Part shown: one piece after another, positions 27,753 to 36,553 of the stretch
Layout of the letters: every line of letters begins with the position of its first letter
How positions within the stretch are numbered: position 1 is the stretch's first letter
Origin: Clostridiales bacterium
Lineage (GTDB): Bacteria > Bacillota > Clostridia > Oscillospirales > UBA644
Reading direction: 5' to 3'
Assembly: GCA_016281915.1 (NCBI GenBank)
Contig: JAEEJO010000045.1
Coordinates: 73 to 64,072, forward strand
Length of the DNA stretch: 64,000 nt
Position numbers and translations under genes: made by a program
Notes under the pieces: generated by a model
Told to the model about the DNA's origin: nothing
Seen by the model: only the letters and a program-made list of their open reading frames with translations
Databases searched by the model: none

Positions 27753-28445
27753 ATGATGTACATTATTGACAGCGCAAATCTCGATAAGATAAGAGAATGC
27801 GTTGAGTTTTATCCAGTTGCCGGAGTAACGACAAATCCGACGATCATTTCAAGAGAGAAAACCGATTTTATCTCTCTTATAAAAAGCATACGCGAGATCA
27901 TCGGACCTGACAGAATGCTCCACATACAGGCAACGTCACACGACGCTGAAGGAATAATCAAAGAGGCGGTTGCCCTTCAGGGGATAGTAGGAGGCGATTT
28001 CTATATCAAAATACCCGTAAATCCCGAAGGACTCAAAGCAACCATGGCTCTCAAGAAAATGGGCATAAAAGTAACCGAAACGGCTATCTTTACCCAGCAG
28101 CAGGCAATGCTTTCCGCAATTGCGGGAGCTGATTTTGTTGCGCCTTACGTAAACCGCCTTGACAACATCGTATCAGACGGCGTACACGTAGTAGGTGAGA
28201 TCGTTGATATGTTCAAGGTCCACGACATCAAAACAAAGGTTCTTGCCGCAAGCTTCAAAACAGTTGAACAGATACATAAAATCGCCATGGTCGGCGCGCA
28301 GGCGGTCACTATCAGCACCGATCTTTTCCAGACGCTTACATATCATCCCCTCACACAGTATGCAATAGACGATTTTATCGCAGACTGGGAGTCCGTTTAC
28401 GGCAAGGTCAATATTCTTCAGATCATCGAAGGTCAGAAGGAATAA
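27753..28445 (+). CDS. transaldolase / fructose-6-phosphate aldolase family
   Basis: GVTTNPT, IKIP, APYVNR, LAASFK. Confidence 0.9.
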   Translation: MMYIIDSANLDKIRECVEFYPVAGVTTNPTIISREKTDFISLIKSIREIIGPDRMLHIQATSHDAEGIIKEAVALQGIVGGDFYIKIPVNPEGLKATMALKKMGIKVTETAIFTQQQAMLSAIAGADFVAPYVNRLDNIVSDGVHVVGEIVDMFKVHDIKTKVLAASFKTVEQIHKIAMVGAQAVTISTDLFQTLTYHPLTQYAIDDFIADWESVYGKVNILQIIEGQKE

Positions 28446-28483
28446 CAAAACATTTGCATTTCTGTCTGTCTATAAAACAAATC

Positions 28484-28525
28484 GGCTATATCGGGTATCT
28501 TTTCCGATATAGCCTCTTTATTTTT
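28484..28525 (+). terminator. intrinsic terminator
   Basis: GGCTATATCGG...CCGATATAGCC followed by T-rich tail. Confidence 0.75.
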
Positions 28526-28535
28526 GAATTTGTGG

Positions 28536-28564
28536 TTGACATACTGCCGCAAATCAGCTATAAT
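28536..28564 (+). promoter_or_regulatory. sigma-A promoter
   Basis: TTGACA-17 nt-TATAAT. Confidence 0.8.
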
Positions 28565-28584
28565 ATCAAAAAGGGGTGTAGATA

Positions 28585-29109
28585 ATGAAAATTTGCAGCT
28601 ATTGTGGCCATGAGTGTAAAGACAGCGAGTCTTTCTGCGAATCCTGCGGAGCAAATGAGTTTAAACATAAGTGCAACAATTGCGGAACTGTATTTGACAG
28701 CGGAAACTACTGCCCTCACTGCGGCGTAAAAGCGGGCAGCAAGGGGAAGACATGTCCCGAGTGCGGAACCGAATATTATACAAACGCCTGTCCTAACTGC
28801 GGCTATAATGGAAAAAGGTCAGACGAAGACGAATATGAATACGAAGACGATGACAATGGCGGATACGTATACGGGCGCTCTTTCGTCGGTTGCGATAGTG
28901 ACGTTCCGGAAGACGAAAAGACGTATGTCCCGCCAACAAAGAAAAAAAACAGTAATCTTGTTTGGTGGATTATAGGGTGGTTTTTTTTCTTTCCGATCCC
29001 TCTGACAATTATCATAGTGAAAAGCAAAAAACTTTCAAAAGCTGCAAAAGCCATTCTGTTGACACTTTTGTGGTTCATAATTCTTGTAGCAGGTTACGCT
29101 AACGGATAA
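28585..29109 (+). CDS. multi zinc-ribbon membrane protein
   Basis: Six CxxC pairs, acidic linker, two C-terminal TM helices. Confidence 0.8.
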   Translation: MKICSYCGHECKDSESFCESCGANEFKHKCNNCGTVFDSGNYCPHCGVKAGSKGKTCPECGTEYYTNACPNCGYNGKRSDEDEYEYEDDDNGGYVYGRSFVGCDSDVPEDEKTYVPPTKKKNSNLVWWIIGWFFFFPIPLTIIIVKSKKLSKAAKAILLTLLWFIILVAGYANG

Positions 29110-29213
29110 AGCGCCTCAGATCAGAATATATTTATAAAAATGAAGTGTCCTTTAAAGGACCTTCTTTTTTTATGCAAAAATCCCTTCCGGGAAATATCTC
29201 GGAAGGGAGGATG

Positions 29214-29834
29214 CTATTTACTTTCTTTTTCCTTTGTTTTTTCTTTATCTTTATCTTTTTCTTCTTTTCCGGCATTATTGATTCTGTCAATTATCGCAGT
29301 CAGTTTACCCGAAACAGCTTTTTCCGAGTTGGCGGCTATGGTTGAAAGAAGAATAAAGTCTTCGATCATGATCTCGTTGGAGGAATCGCTGACCTCCATT
29401 GCCTTTTTAACGGTGCCGAGAAACGCCTTTTCCTGTTCTTCGCAAAAACGGTCGTATGCCTCTTCGATCGTGTGTTTGCTCATCTGATGATCGATCATTC
29501 GCGTTATTGCGTTTATGGGTATTACCTGTTTGAGAATGCATATTATAAGGATATATGCAAGATGTATCTTCGAGTATTTCTTTTTAACCGGCGCAGGGAT
29601 AAGACCGAGCTTGACGTAATTGTTTATCATTGACGGCGTTATCGTCTTGTTCCCTTCGTCATAAAAAACGCCGAGATATTTTTCCATAAGCGCAATTACC
29701 TGATCCATGTAAAGCTCTATTTCAGGCAATTCGTTCCACCGCGGAATACGGTATTCGAGCATCTGGCTGCACCAGTCGGTTATCTGAGTGTCAAGATTGT
29801 TTTGTTTGCGTTCATTATCGTCCATTTTCTTCAT
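29214..29834 (-). CDS. DUF1836 family protein (putative regulator)
   Basis: LPEIELYMDQV...TPSMINNYVK...KKY...H signature. Confidence 0.88.
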   Translation of the reverse strand: MKKMDDNERKQNNLDTQITDWCSQMLEYRIPRWNELPEIELYMDQVIALMEKYLGVFYDEGNKTITPSMINNYVKLGLIPAPVKKKYSKIHLAYILIICILKQVIPINAITRMIDHQMSKHTIEEAYDRFCEEQEKAFLGTVKKAMEVSDSSNEIMIEDFILLSTIAANSEKAVSGKLTAIIDRINNAGKEEKDKDKEKTKEKESK

Positions 29835-29944
29835 CTCCGAACTGATTTTGTATAATACTCAAACGATATACCATATTATAGCACATTTTTTTCTAAAATG
29901 GAAGATAGTTTGAAAATATTTCAAAAACTTGTTATCCGCAACGC

Positions 29945-29973
29945 TTGACATATTTTGTGTAACGTGATATAAT
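29945..29973 (+). promoter_or_regulatory. sigma-A promoter
   Basis: TTGACA-17 nt-TATAAT with extended TG. Confidence 0.8.
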
Positions 29974-29987
29974 AGTTTTGTAAACTA
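29973..29987. promoter_or_regulatory. palindrome TAGTTT-N3-AAACTA over the transcription start (candidate operator)
   Basis: TAGTTTtgtAAACTA directly after the -10 box. Confidence 0.45.
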
Positions 29988-30008
29988 GATGAGGGAGGGG
30001 GAGAAACT

Positions 30009-30716
30009 ATGACCGCACGTCATGTCCTGAATATTTTCGGTGATTCGATAATGAAAGGTGTATTGCTTGACGACGATTCAAGAAAGTATGTTCTTTCTGC
30101 GAATGCTCCGGTTGACGAGGTAGCCAAAAACATAAATATAAACATAAACAACAGATCTGTTTTCGGTTGTACGGTAGTAAAAGGCGCAAAGCTGGTTTCT
30201 TCCGCTATTGAAAACGGAAGAGTAGGGGACAACGGACTTGTTCTGATAGAATACGGCGGAAACGACTGCAATTTTGAATGGAAAAGCGTATCCGAGTTCC
30301 CTGATGAGATACATGATCCCGTGACTCCTCTCAGGCTGTTTGAAAATCTCTATCAGAACCTTATATCCGATATAAAAAAAGCCGGGATAACGCCGATTAT
30401 TATGTCGTTGCCGCCTATTGAACCGACAAGATACCTTGCATGGATAACCAGGGACGGGCTTTCGGCACCGAATATTCTGAAGTGGCTCGGAGACGTTAAT
30501 ATGATATACCGTTTTCAGGAGCTGTATTCAGGCGCTATATCAAAAATAGCCTACAAGACCAATTCTTTCTTTATTGATGTCCGTTCGTATTTTCTCGATA
30601 AGCATAATTACGGCGATCTTCTGTGCAGCGACGGGATACATCCTAATAAGGAAGGGCAGAAGCTGATCGCGCAGGCAATGCTTGATTTTTGTAAGACAAC
30701 ACCCATACTTTCATAA
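30009..30716 (+). CDS. SGNH/GDSL hydrolase
   Basis: FGDS, GGND, DGIHPN. Confidence 0.9.
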   Translation: MTARHVLNIFGDSIMKGVLLDDDSRKYVLSANAPVDEVAKNINININNRSVFGCTVVKGAKLVSSAIENGRVGDNGLVLIEYGGNDCNFEWKSVSEFPDEIHDPVTPLRLFENLYQNLISDIKKAGITPIIMSLPPIEPTRYLAWITRDGLSAPNILKWLGDVNMIYRFQELYSGAISKIAYKTNSFFIDVRSYFLDKHNYGDLLCSDGIHPNKEGQKLIAQAMLDFCKTTPILS

Positions 30717-30724
30717 CTTTCTCC

Positions 30725-30759
30725 AAAAAGGGACGCTCCGAAAGGAGCGCCCCTTTTTT
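30725..30759. terminator. bidirectional intrinsic terminator
   Basis: AAAAAGGGACGCTCC-gaaa-GGAGCGCCCCTTTTTT. Confidence 0.8.
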
Positions 30760-30772
30760 ATGCAAAACGGTA

Positions 30773-32944
30773 TTATATAAGCTTTGTTTGCGACGGCGAT
30801 TCATCCTCTTTAAGGAAGGAACCTGCCGCAGGAATATTCTTGGTTCTGTATTTATTCGGCTTTTCAAACATTCCCTCTTCATATAACACTACGTCGGAAA
30901 GAATGCTTTTTGCTTTGAGCGTCATAACGTTCACGCCGGCAGTGTTTTTTGTTGATTTTGCGCTTATTGCGCCGCTGTCTACAATGAGGCATCTGCCGTT
31001 GGAGGATGTTAAGACGAAAAGTTTTTCTTCCGTAACGGCGAAAAATGCAACAAGGGGCGACGCGTCGGAATATGCGTTTATGAGCTTTTTACGGTTTGTT
31101 TTTGTTTCATACGATGCCATTTCTATTTTCGCGCACTTTCCGTTTTCGAAAAATGCAAGGATATATCCTTTGTAATCAGTTGTGGCTGTGATGAAAACAG
31201 GCGTTTCACCGCTGTCCATTCCGAGTTTCTGCGGCAGAAAATCTCCCAGAACGGACGTTCTTGAGTCGTCAAAGTCGCATACGCGTGCTTTATAGACCTG
31301 ATACTTGTCGGTAAAAATCAAAAGATTTGATAGATTTGTTGCCTCAAAGGTGAAGCGTATCTCGTCGCCTTCCTTAAGCTTGTGATCTCCGGACATCCTC
31401 AGCGACTGCGCGGTTATTTTTTTGAAGTATCCCGCGGCAGTCATGAAAACGGTTACGGGATAATCTTCCGCAGTTTCCTCTTCTTCAGGCTCTTCGATCT
31501 CGTCTTCGTATAAAAGAGCTGTCTTGCGGGGCTTGCCGTATTTTTTCATTATCTGAGTAAGCTGGTCTATGATAACTTTTTTCAGCTTTGCGGGGGAATT
31601 GAGCGTGTTCTGCATATCCTCCGCAGCTTTTTTCAGCTTTTCGATTTCGGCAGTCTTGTTTAAGATATATTCTCTGTTGAGATTTCTCAGCTTTATCTCG
31701 GCAACGAATTCTGCCTGTATCTCATCTATGCCGAACCCGATCATGAGGTTGGGAACTACCTCGTCTTCTTCCTCCGTTTCACGGACGATCTTTATCGCCT
31801 TGTCAATGTCAAGAAGAATTTTCTGAAGACCGAGCAGAAGGTGAAGCCTGTCATTGGTTTTCTGAATATCATAAAACAGGCCGCGTTTGATGCATTCGGT
31901 TCTGAAAGCTATCCATTCGCTGAGTATTTCTTTTATACCCATCGTTTTCGGTCTTCCGCCGATCAGGATATTGAAATTCGCTGCAAAAGAATCTTCAAGA
32001 GGTGTCATTTTGAAGAGACGCTGCATAAGCTTGTCCGGGTCTGCTCCGCGTTTGAGATCTATTGCTATTTTCATACCGTTTATATCGGTCTCGTCACGGA
32101 TATACGACGCTTCTTTTATTTTGCCGGTCTTTACAAGATCAACAACTTTATCTATTATTGCCTCAACAGTTGTTGAAAACGGTATTTCGGTTATTTCTAT
32201 GCAGTTCGCCTTTTTATCGTATGAGTATTTAGCCCTGACTTTGAATGATCCTACGCCTGTCTCATATATCTGTCTGAGCTGCTCACGGTCGTAGATAAGA
32301 TATCCTCCCGTTGTGAAATCAGGCGCTGTAAGGGTAAGCATTATATTGTGATCGGGATTTTTTATCAGCTCTATCGTTGTCTGGCATATCTCGTTGAGAT
32401 TAAACGAACATATCGTGCTCGCCATACCTACCGCAATACCCTGATTCGGGTTGACAAGTATATTCGGGAACGTTGTAGGCAGAAGCGTGGGCTCTTTCAT
32501 TGTGCCGTCATAATTATCAACAAAATCTACAACGTCTTTATCTATATCGGCAAAAATTTCCGCACATACAGGGTCAAGCTTTGCCTCGGTATATCTCGGG
32601 GCGGCAAACGCCATATCTCTTGAATAATGCTTGCCGAAATTTCCTTTTGACTCAACGAGCGGAAGTATCAGAGCATCATGTCCTCTTGTAAGACGCACCA
32701 TTGTTTCGTATATCGCCATATCACCGTGCGGGTTCAGACGCATGGTTTGACCGACGATGTTCGCACTCTTCGTTTTTACTCCGTTCAGAAGCCCCATTTT
32801 ATACATTGTATAAAGTAGCTTTCTGTGTGACGGCTTGAAACCGTCTATTTCCGGAATCGCGCGCGATACGATGACGCTCATCGTATAGGGCATATAGTTT
32901 TCTTCAAGTGTCCGTGTTATGGGCTGTTCTGTCTGATTCTGCAT
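30773..32944 (-). CDS. type IIA topoisomerase subunit A (ParC-like)
   Basis: DGFKPSHR, PHGD, AAPRYTE catalytic Tyr, GIAVGMA; short CTD with no GyrA-box recognised. Confidence 0.9.
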   Translation of the reverse strand: MQNQTEQPITRTLEENYMPYTMSVIVSRAIPEIDGFKPSHRKLLYTMYKMGLLNGVKTKSANIVGQTMRLNPHGDMAIYETMVRLTRGHDALILPLVESKGNFGKHYSRDMAFAAPRYTEAKLDPVCAEIFADIDKDVVDFVDNYDGTMKEPTLLPTTFPNILVNPNQGIAVGMASTICSFNLNEICQTTIELIKNPDHNIMLTLTAPDFTTGGYLIYDREQLRQIYETGVGSFKVRAKYSYDKKANCIEITEIPFSTTVEAIIDKVVDLVKTGKIKEASYIRDETDINGMKIAIDLKRGADPDKLMQRLFKMTPLEDSFAANFNILIGGRPKTMGIKEILSEWIAFRTECIKRGLFYDIQKTNDRLHLLLGLQKILLDIDKAIKIVRETEEEDEVVPNLMIGFGIDEIQAEFVAEIKLRNLNREYILNKTAEIEKLKKAAEDMQNTLNSPAKLKKVIIDQLTQIMKKYGKPRKTALLYEDEIEEPEEEETAEDYPVTVFMTAAGYFKKITAQSLRMSGDHKLKEGDEIRFTFEATNLSNLLIFTDKYQVYKARVCDFDDSRTSVLGDFLPQKLGMDSGETPVFITATTDYKGYILAFFENGKCAKIEMASYETKTNRKKLINAYSDASPLVAFFAVTEEKLFVLTSSNGRCLIVDSGAISAKSTKNTAGVNVMTLKAKSILSDVVLYEEGMFEKPNKYRTKNIPAAGSFLKEDESPSQTKLI

Positions 32945-32970
32945 GTCTTCTCCTAAATAAATAATAACAT

Positions 32971-33621
32971 TTATAAGCTTTCGATAATTCCGTAAACGTC
33001 TTGAGCAGTTTCTGCAAAAAGGACTGCGCCGGCGTTTTCAAGCTCTTCTTTGCTGCCGTGTCCGTAAAGAACACAGATACAGTCGATCCCGTTTTCTTTT
33101 GCGCCGATAAGATCGTGCTTTCTGTCTCCTACCATCACGGCGAGATTTTTGTCCTTTATTCCGAGAGCAGAAACGGCGTTGCCTATAATATCCGCTTTTA
33201 CTTCATCCGTTCTTTTCAGGTCGCTTCCGCATACTTCGGTAAAGTATTTTTTCAAACCGAAATGTTCAAGCACTCGCAGCGTAGCCGGAAGCGGCTTGAG
33301 CGTTGCCACCGCAAGAGTGTACCCGTCAGAATAAAGGCGTGAAAGAAGATCCTCAACGCCCGGATAAACGTGATTTTCAAAAATGCCTTTCGGGTTGAAG
33401 TATTCCCTGAAAAGACGTATCGCCTCAGTGGCTTTTTCTTCCGATAACCCGAAATATTCCTTATACGCCTGAGAAAGCGGCGCACCGATAAACGACGGAA
33501 GAATTGATTCGTTGTAATCTTTGATCCCGAGTTTTTCCAGAGAGTATTTTACCGAGTTTACGATTCCCTGCTGCGGTTCGGTGAGCGTTCCGTCAAGGTC
33601 AAAAAGTATATATTTTTTCAT
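32971..33621 (-). CDS. HAD family hydrolase (5'-nucleotidase/phosphoglycolate phosphatase-like)
   Basis: FDLDGTL, MVGDRKHD. Confidence 0.9.
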   Translation of the reverse strand: MKKYILFDLDGTLTEPQQGIVNSVKYSLEKLGIKDYNESILPSFIGAPLSQAYKEYFGLSEEKATEAIRLFREYFNPKGIFENHVYPGVEDLLSRLYSDGYTLAVATLKPLPATLRVLEHFGLKKYFTEVCGSDLKRTDEVKADIIGNAVSALGIKDKNLAVMVGDRKHDLIGAKENGIDCICVLYGHGSKEELENAGAVLFAETAQDVYGIIESL

Positions 33622-33629
33622 GTGTTCTG

Positions 33630-35615
33630 TTATGAAAGGTCTGCAAGCTCAAGATACTTCGGACCGTTTTCTTCGATAAAAAGTTTTCTTGCCTCAAGGT
33701 CGTTGCCAAGAAGGGTGTTGAACATGATGTATGTAGGTCCTTCGTCTTCGGGCATTACTTTTATAAGCTTTCTTGTCGCGGGGTCCATAGTCGTGAGCTT
33801 CATCATTTCAGGATCATTTTCGCCAAGACCCTTTGATCTCTGGACAGAATATTTGCCGTTGATTTTCGAAACGATATCGTTTTTCTCTCTGTCTGTATAC
33901 GCAAACATCGTCTTATCTTTTGCCGTTATCTCATAAAGAGGAGATTCCGCGATATACACCTTGCCTTCGGCAATAAGAGAGGGGGTAAGCCTGTAGAGCA
34001 TTGCAAGAATAAGCGTTCTTATCTGATATCCGTCTTCGTCGGCATCGGTACAGATTATTATTTTGTGAAAACGCAGCCCGTCCGGATTGAATTCCGCAAG
34101 CGGCTTTCCGTGAGCTGAAATCTCTATGCCGCATCCGAGCACCTTTATCAGATCTGTGATGATCTCGCTTTTCAGGATTTTTGCATAATCGGCTTTCAGA
34201 CAGTTCAGAATTTTGCCTCTGACAGGCATGATAGCCTGAAATTCAGCCATTCTTGCAAGTTTTACCGAACCGAGAGCAGAGTCGCCCTCAACGATGTAAA
34301 GCTCTCTTTCTGCGGGGTTTTTCGAACGGCAGTCAACAAATTTTTCTACTCTGTTGGCTATGTCCATCTCGCTCGTAAGCTTCTTTTTGATGGAAAGCCT
34401 GTTTTTTTCGGCGTTTTCTCTGCTTCGCTTGTTGATGAGCACCTGATCGGCGATCTTATCTGCTTCCTGTTTGTTTTCAATAAAATATACTTCGAGCGAG
34501 TGCTTGAGAAATTCCGTCATGCACTCCTGAATAAACTTGTTGTTTATCGCCTTTTTCGTCTGGTTTTCATAAGAAGTGATCGTTGACTGCGAGTTTGAGA
34601 TCAGAGCAAGACAGTCGGAAATATCCACGAACGTGATCTTTGACTCATTTTTAAGATATTTGTTGTTTTGCTTCAGATATGCGTCTATCGCGTGAACAAA
34701 TGCGCTTTTTACTGCCTTATCCGGAGAACCGCCGTATTCAAGAAAACTTGAATTGTGATAATATTCAAGCATCTGTTTTGTGTTGGTAAAGCAGAAAACA
34801 ACGTTCAGCCTGACTTTGTATTCCGGCTTGTCTTCACGGTCTCTGCCCTTGCGGTCGGCGGCAAAATTCCGGATGGACGTCATAGCGTCAACGCCGACGC
34901 ACTCTTCAAGATATCCCTCTATGCCGTTTTCGTAAAGATAAGTTTCTTCTTCAAAAGAGCCTTTTTCATTCTGAAATCTGAGAATTATAGTGAGTCCCGC
35001 ATTGCATACGGCCTGCTTTTTCACCGTTTCGGAAAAGTATTCGCGCGGAATGTTGATATCCGTGAAAACGTCTCTGTCCGGACGCCATTTTATTCTTGAA
35101 CCCGAGGCGTGATTGCTTTCCGCTTTGCCAAGCTGCTCTTCTTTATTCTTTTTTACCGGTTTGCCTTTTTTGAACTGCAGATTATAAGAATACTCTCCGT
35201 TGTATATCTCAGCCTCCATATACTCTGATGCATACTGCGTTGCGCAAAGACCGAGTCCGTTAAGACCGAGAGAATATTCGTAGCTGCCCGACGTATCGTT
35301 GTCGTATTTTCCGCCTGCATACATTTCACAGAAAAGAAGTTCCCAGTTATATGCCTTTTCCTTCTCGTTCCAGTCAACCGGAACCCCTCTGCCGAAGTCT
35401 TTGACTTCAATGCTGCCTTCGTTGAAAACGGTGACGATGATCTTTTTGCCGTATCCTTCCTTGAATTCGTCTATGGAATTTGAAAGGATCTCGAAAAAAG
35501 CATGCTCGCAGCCTTCAAGTCCGTCAGAACCGAATATAACGGAAGGGCGCAGACGGACCCTGTCGGCACCTTTCAGAGATTTTATACTGTTGTCGTCATA
35601 TGTTTTCTTCGCCAA
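33630..35615 (-). CDS. type IIA topoisomerase subunit B (ParE-like)
   Basis: EILSNSIDE, DFGRG, GLNGLG, VEGDSA, PVRGK, TDADEDG, KGLGE. Confidence 0.9.
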   Translation of the reverse strand: MAKKTYDDNSIKSLKGADRVRLRPSVIFGSDGLEGCEHAFFEILSNSIDEFKEGYGKKIIVTVFNEGSIEVKDFGRGVPVDWNEKEKAYNWELLFCEMYAGGKYDNDTSGSYEYSLGLNGLGLCATQYASEYMEAEIYNGEYSYNLQFKKGKPVKKNKEEQLGKAESNHASGSRIKWRPDRDVFTDINIPREYFSETVKKQAVCNAGLTIILRFQNEKGSFEEETYLYENGIEGYLEECVGVDAMTSIRNFAADRKGRDREDKPEYKVRLNVVFCFTNTKQMLEYYHNSSFLEYGGSPDKAVKSAFVHAIDAYLKQNNKYLKNESKITFVDISDCLALISNSQSTITSYENQTKKAINNKFIQECMTEFLKHSLEVYFIENKQEADKIADQVLINKRSRENAEKNRLSIKKKLTSEMDIANRVEKFVDCRSKNPAERELYIVEGDSALGSVKLARMAEFQAIMPVRGKILNCLKADYAKILKSEIITDLIKVLGCGIEISAHGKPLAEFNPDGLRFHKIIICTDADEDGYQIRTLILAMLYRLTPSLIAEGKVYIAESPLYEITAKDKTMFAYTDREKNDIVSKINGKYSVQRSKGLGENDPEMMKLTTMDPATRKLIKVMPEDEGPTYIMFNTLLGNDLEARKLFIEENGPKYLELADLS

Positions 35616-35617
35616 AA

Positions 35618-36535
35618 TCAGTTTTCCTCCATATCAAGCAGTGCGTTTGCGAACGAAACCGGAACAAACGGCTGCAAATCGTCTATTTTTTCTCCGACTC
35701 CTATAAGCTTTATGGGCACCTGCGCAATATCTCTTACCGCTATCGTAACGCCGCCTTTTGCGGTGCCGTCAAGTTTTGTTAATACAACGCCGGTAACAGA
35801 CGTTGCTTCTTTGAAATCTTTTGCCTGAACGATGGCGTTTTGCCCCGTTGTTGCGTCAAGAACAAGAAGTATTTCTTTATCTGCATCGGGAAGATCTTTT
35901 GAAACGACTCTCGTTATTTTTGAAAGCTCATCCATAAGTCCCTTTTTGTTGTGAAGCCTTCCTGCCGTGTCGCAGATTACCACGTCAGCCTCTCTTGCCT
36001 TTGCGGCCTGGATAGCGTCGTATACTACCGAAGCGGGGTCGGAACCGTCTTTATGCTTTACGATATCTATATCCGCTCTTTCCGCCCAGATCTCTATCTG
36101 CTCTATGGCTGCCGCTCTGAACGTATCTGCCGCGGCGATTATAACTTTCTTTCCCTGGTGCTTCAGAAGATTTGCAAGTTTGCCTATCGTTGTCGTTTTT
36201 CCTACGCCGTTTACGCCAACAACAACTATTACCGAAGGCTTTGTGCTTATGTGAAGCTCGTTGTCTCCGGTCATCTTTTCCGCGATTATATCCCTGAGAA
36301 CCGTTTTCAGCTTCTGCGAGTCTTCTATCTTCTCAAGTTTTGCCCGTTTTTTGAGCTCTTCTATTATTCCTTCGGCAGTCTCATATCCAACGTCCGAAAG
36401 CAGAAGAAGTTCGAGAAGCTCGTCAAGAAACTCTTCATCCACTTTTCTGAATGTGGCAAATATGCCGTTAAGACCGTTTTGAATGCTTTCTCTGGTTTTT
36501 GTAAGACCGGCCTTGATTTTTTCAAAAAATCCCAT
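35618..36535 (-). CDS. ftsY: signal recognition particle receptor
   Basis: GVNGVGKTTT, DTFRAAA, DTAGR, TKLDGTAKGG. Confidence 0.97.
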   Translation of the reverse strand: MGFFEKIKAGLTKTRESIQNGLNGIFATFRKVDEEFLDELLELLLLSDVGYETAEGIIEELKKRAKLEKIEDSQKLKTVLRDIIAEKMTGDNELHISTKPSVIVVVGVNGVGKTTTIGKLANLLKHQGKKVIIAAADTFRAAAIEQIEIWAERADIDIVKHKDGSDPASVVYDAIQAAKAREADVVICDTAGRLHNKKGLMDELSKITRVVSKDLPDADKEILLVLDATTGQNAIVQAKDFKEATSVTGVVLTKLDGTAKGGVTIAVRDIAQVPIKLIGVGEKIDDLQPFVPVSFANALLDMEEN

Positions 36536-36553
36536 TATTTCCTCCTTCGGCCG

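Noticed and set aside
29959-29986. Possible dif site (TTTTGTAAACT resembles the Firmicutes right arm)
   Set aside because: Left arm and spacer do not match; better explained as promoter plus operator palindrome.
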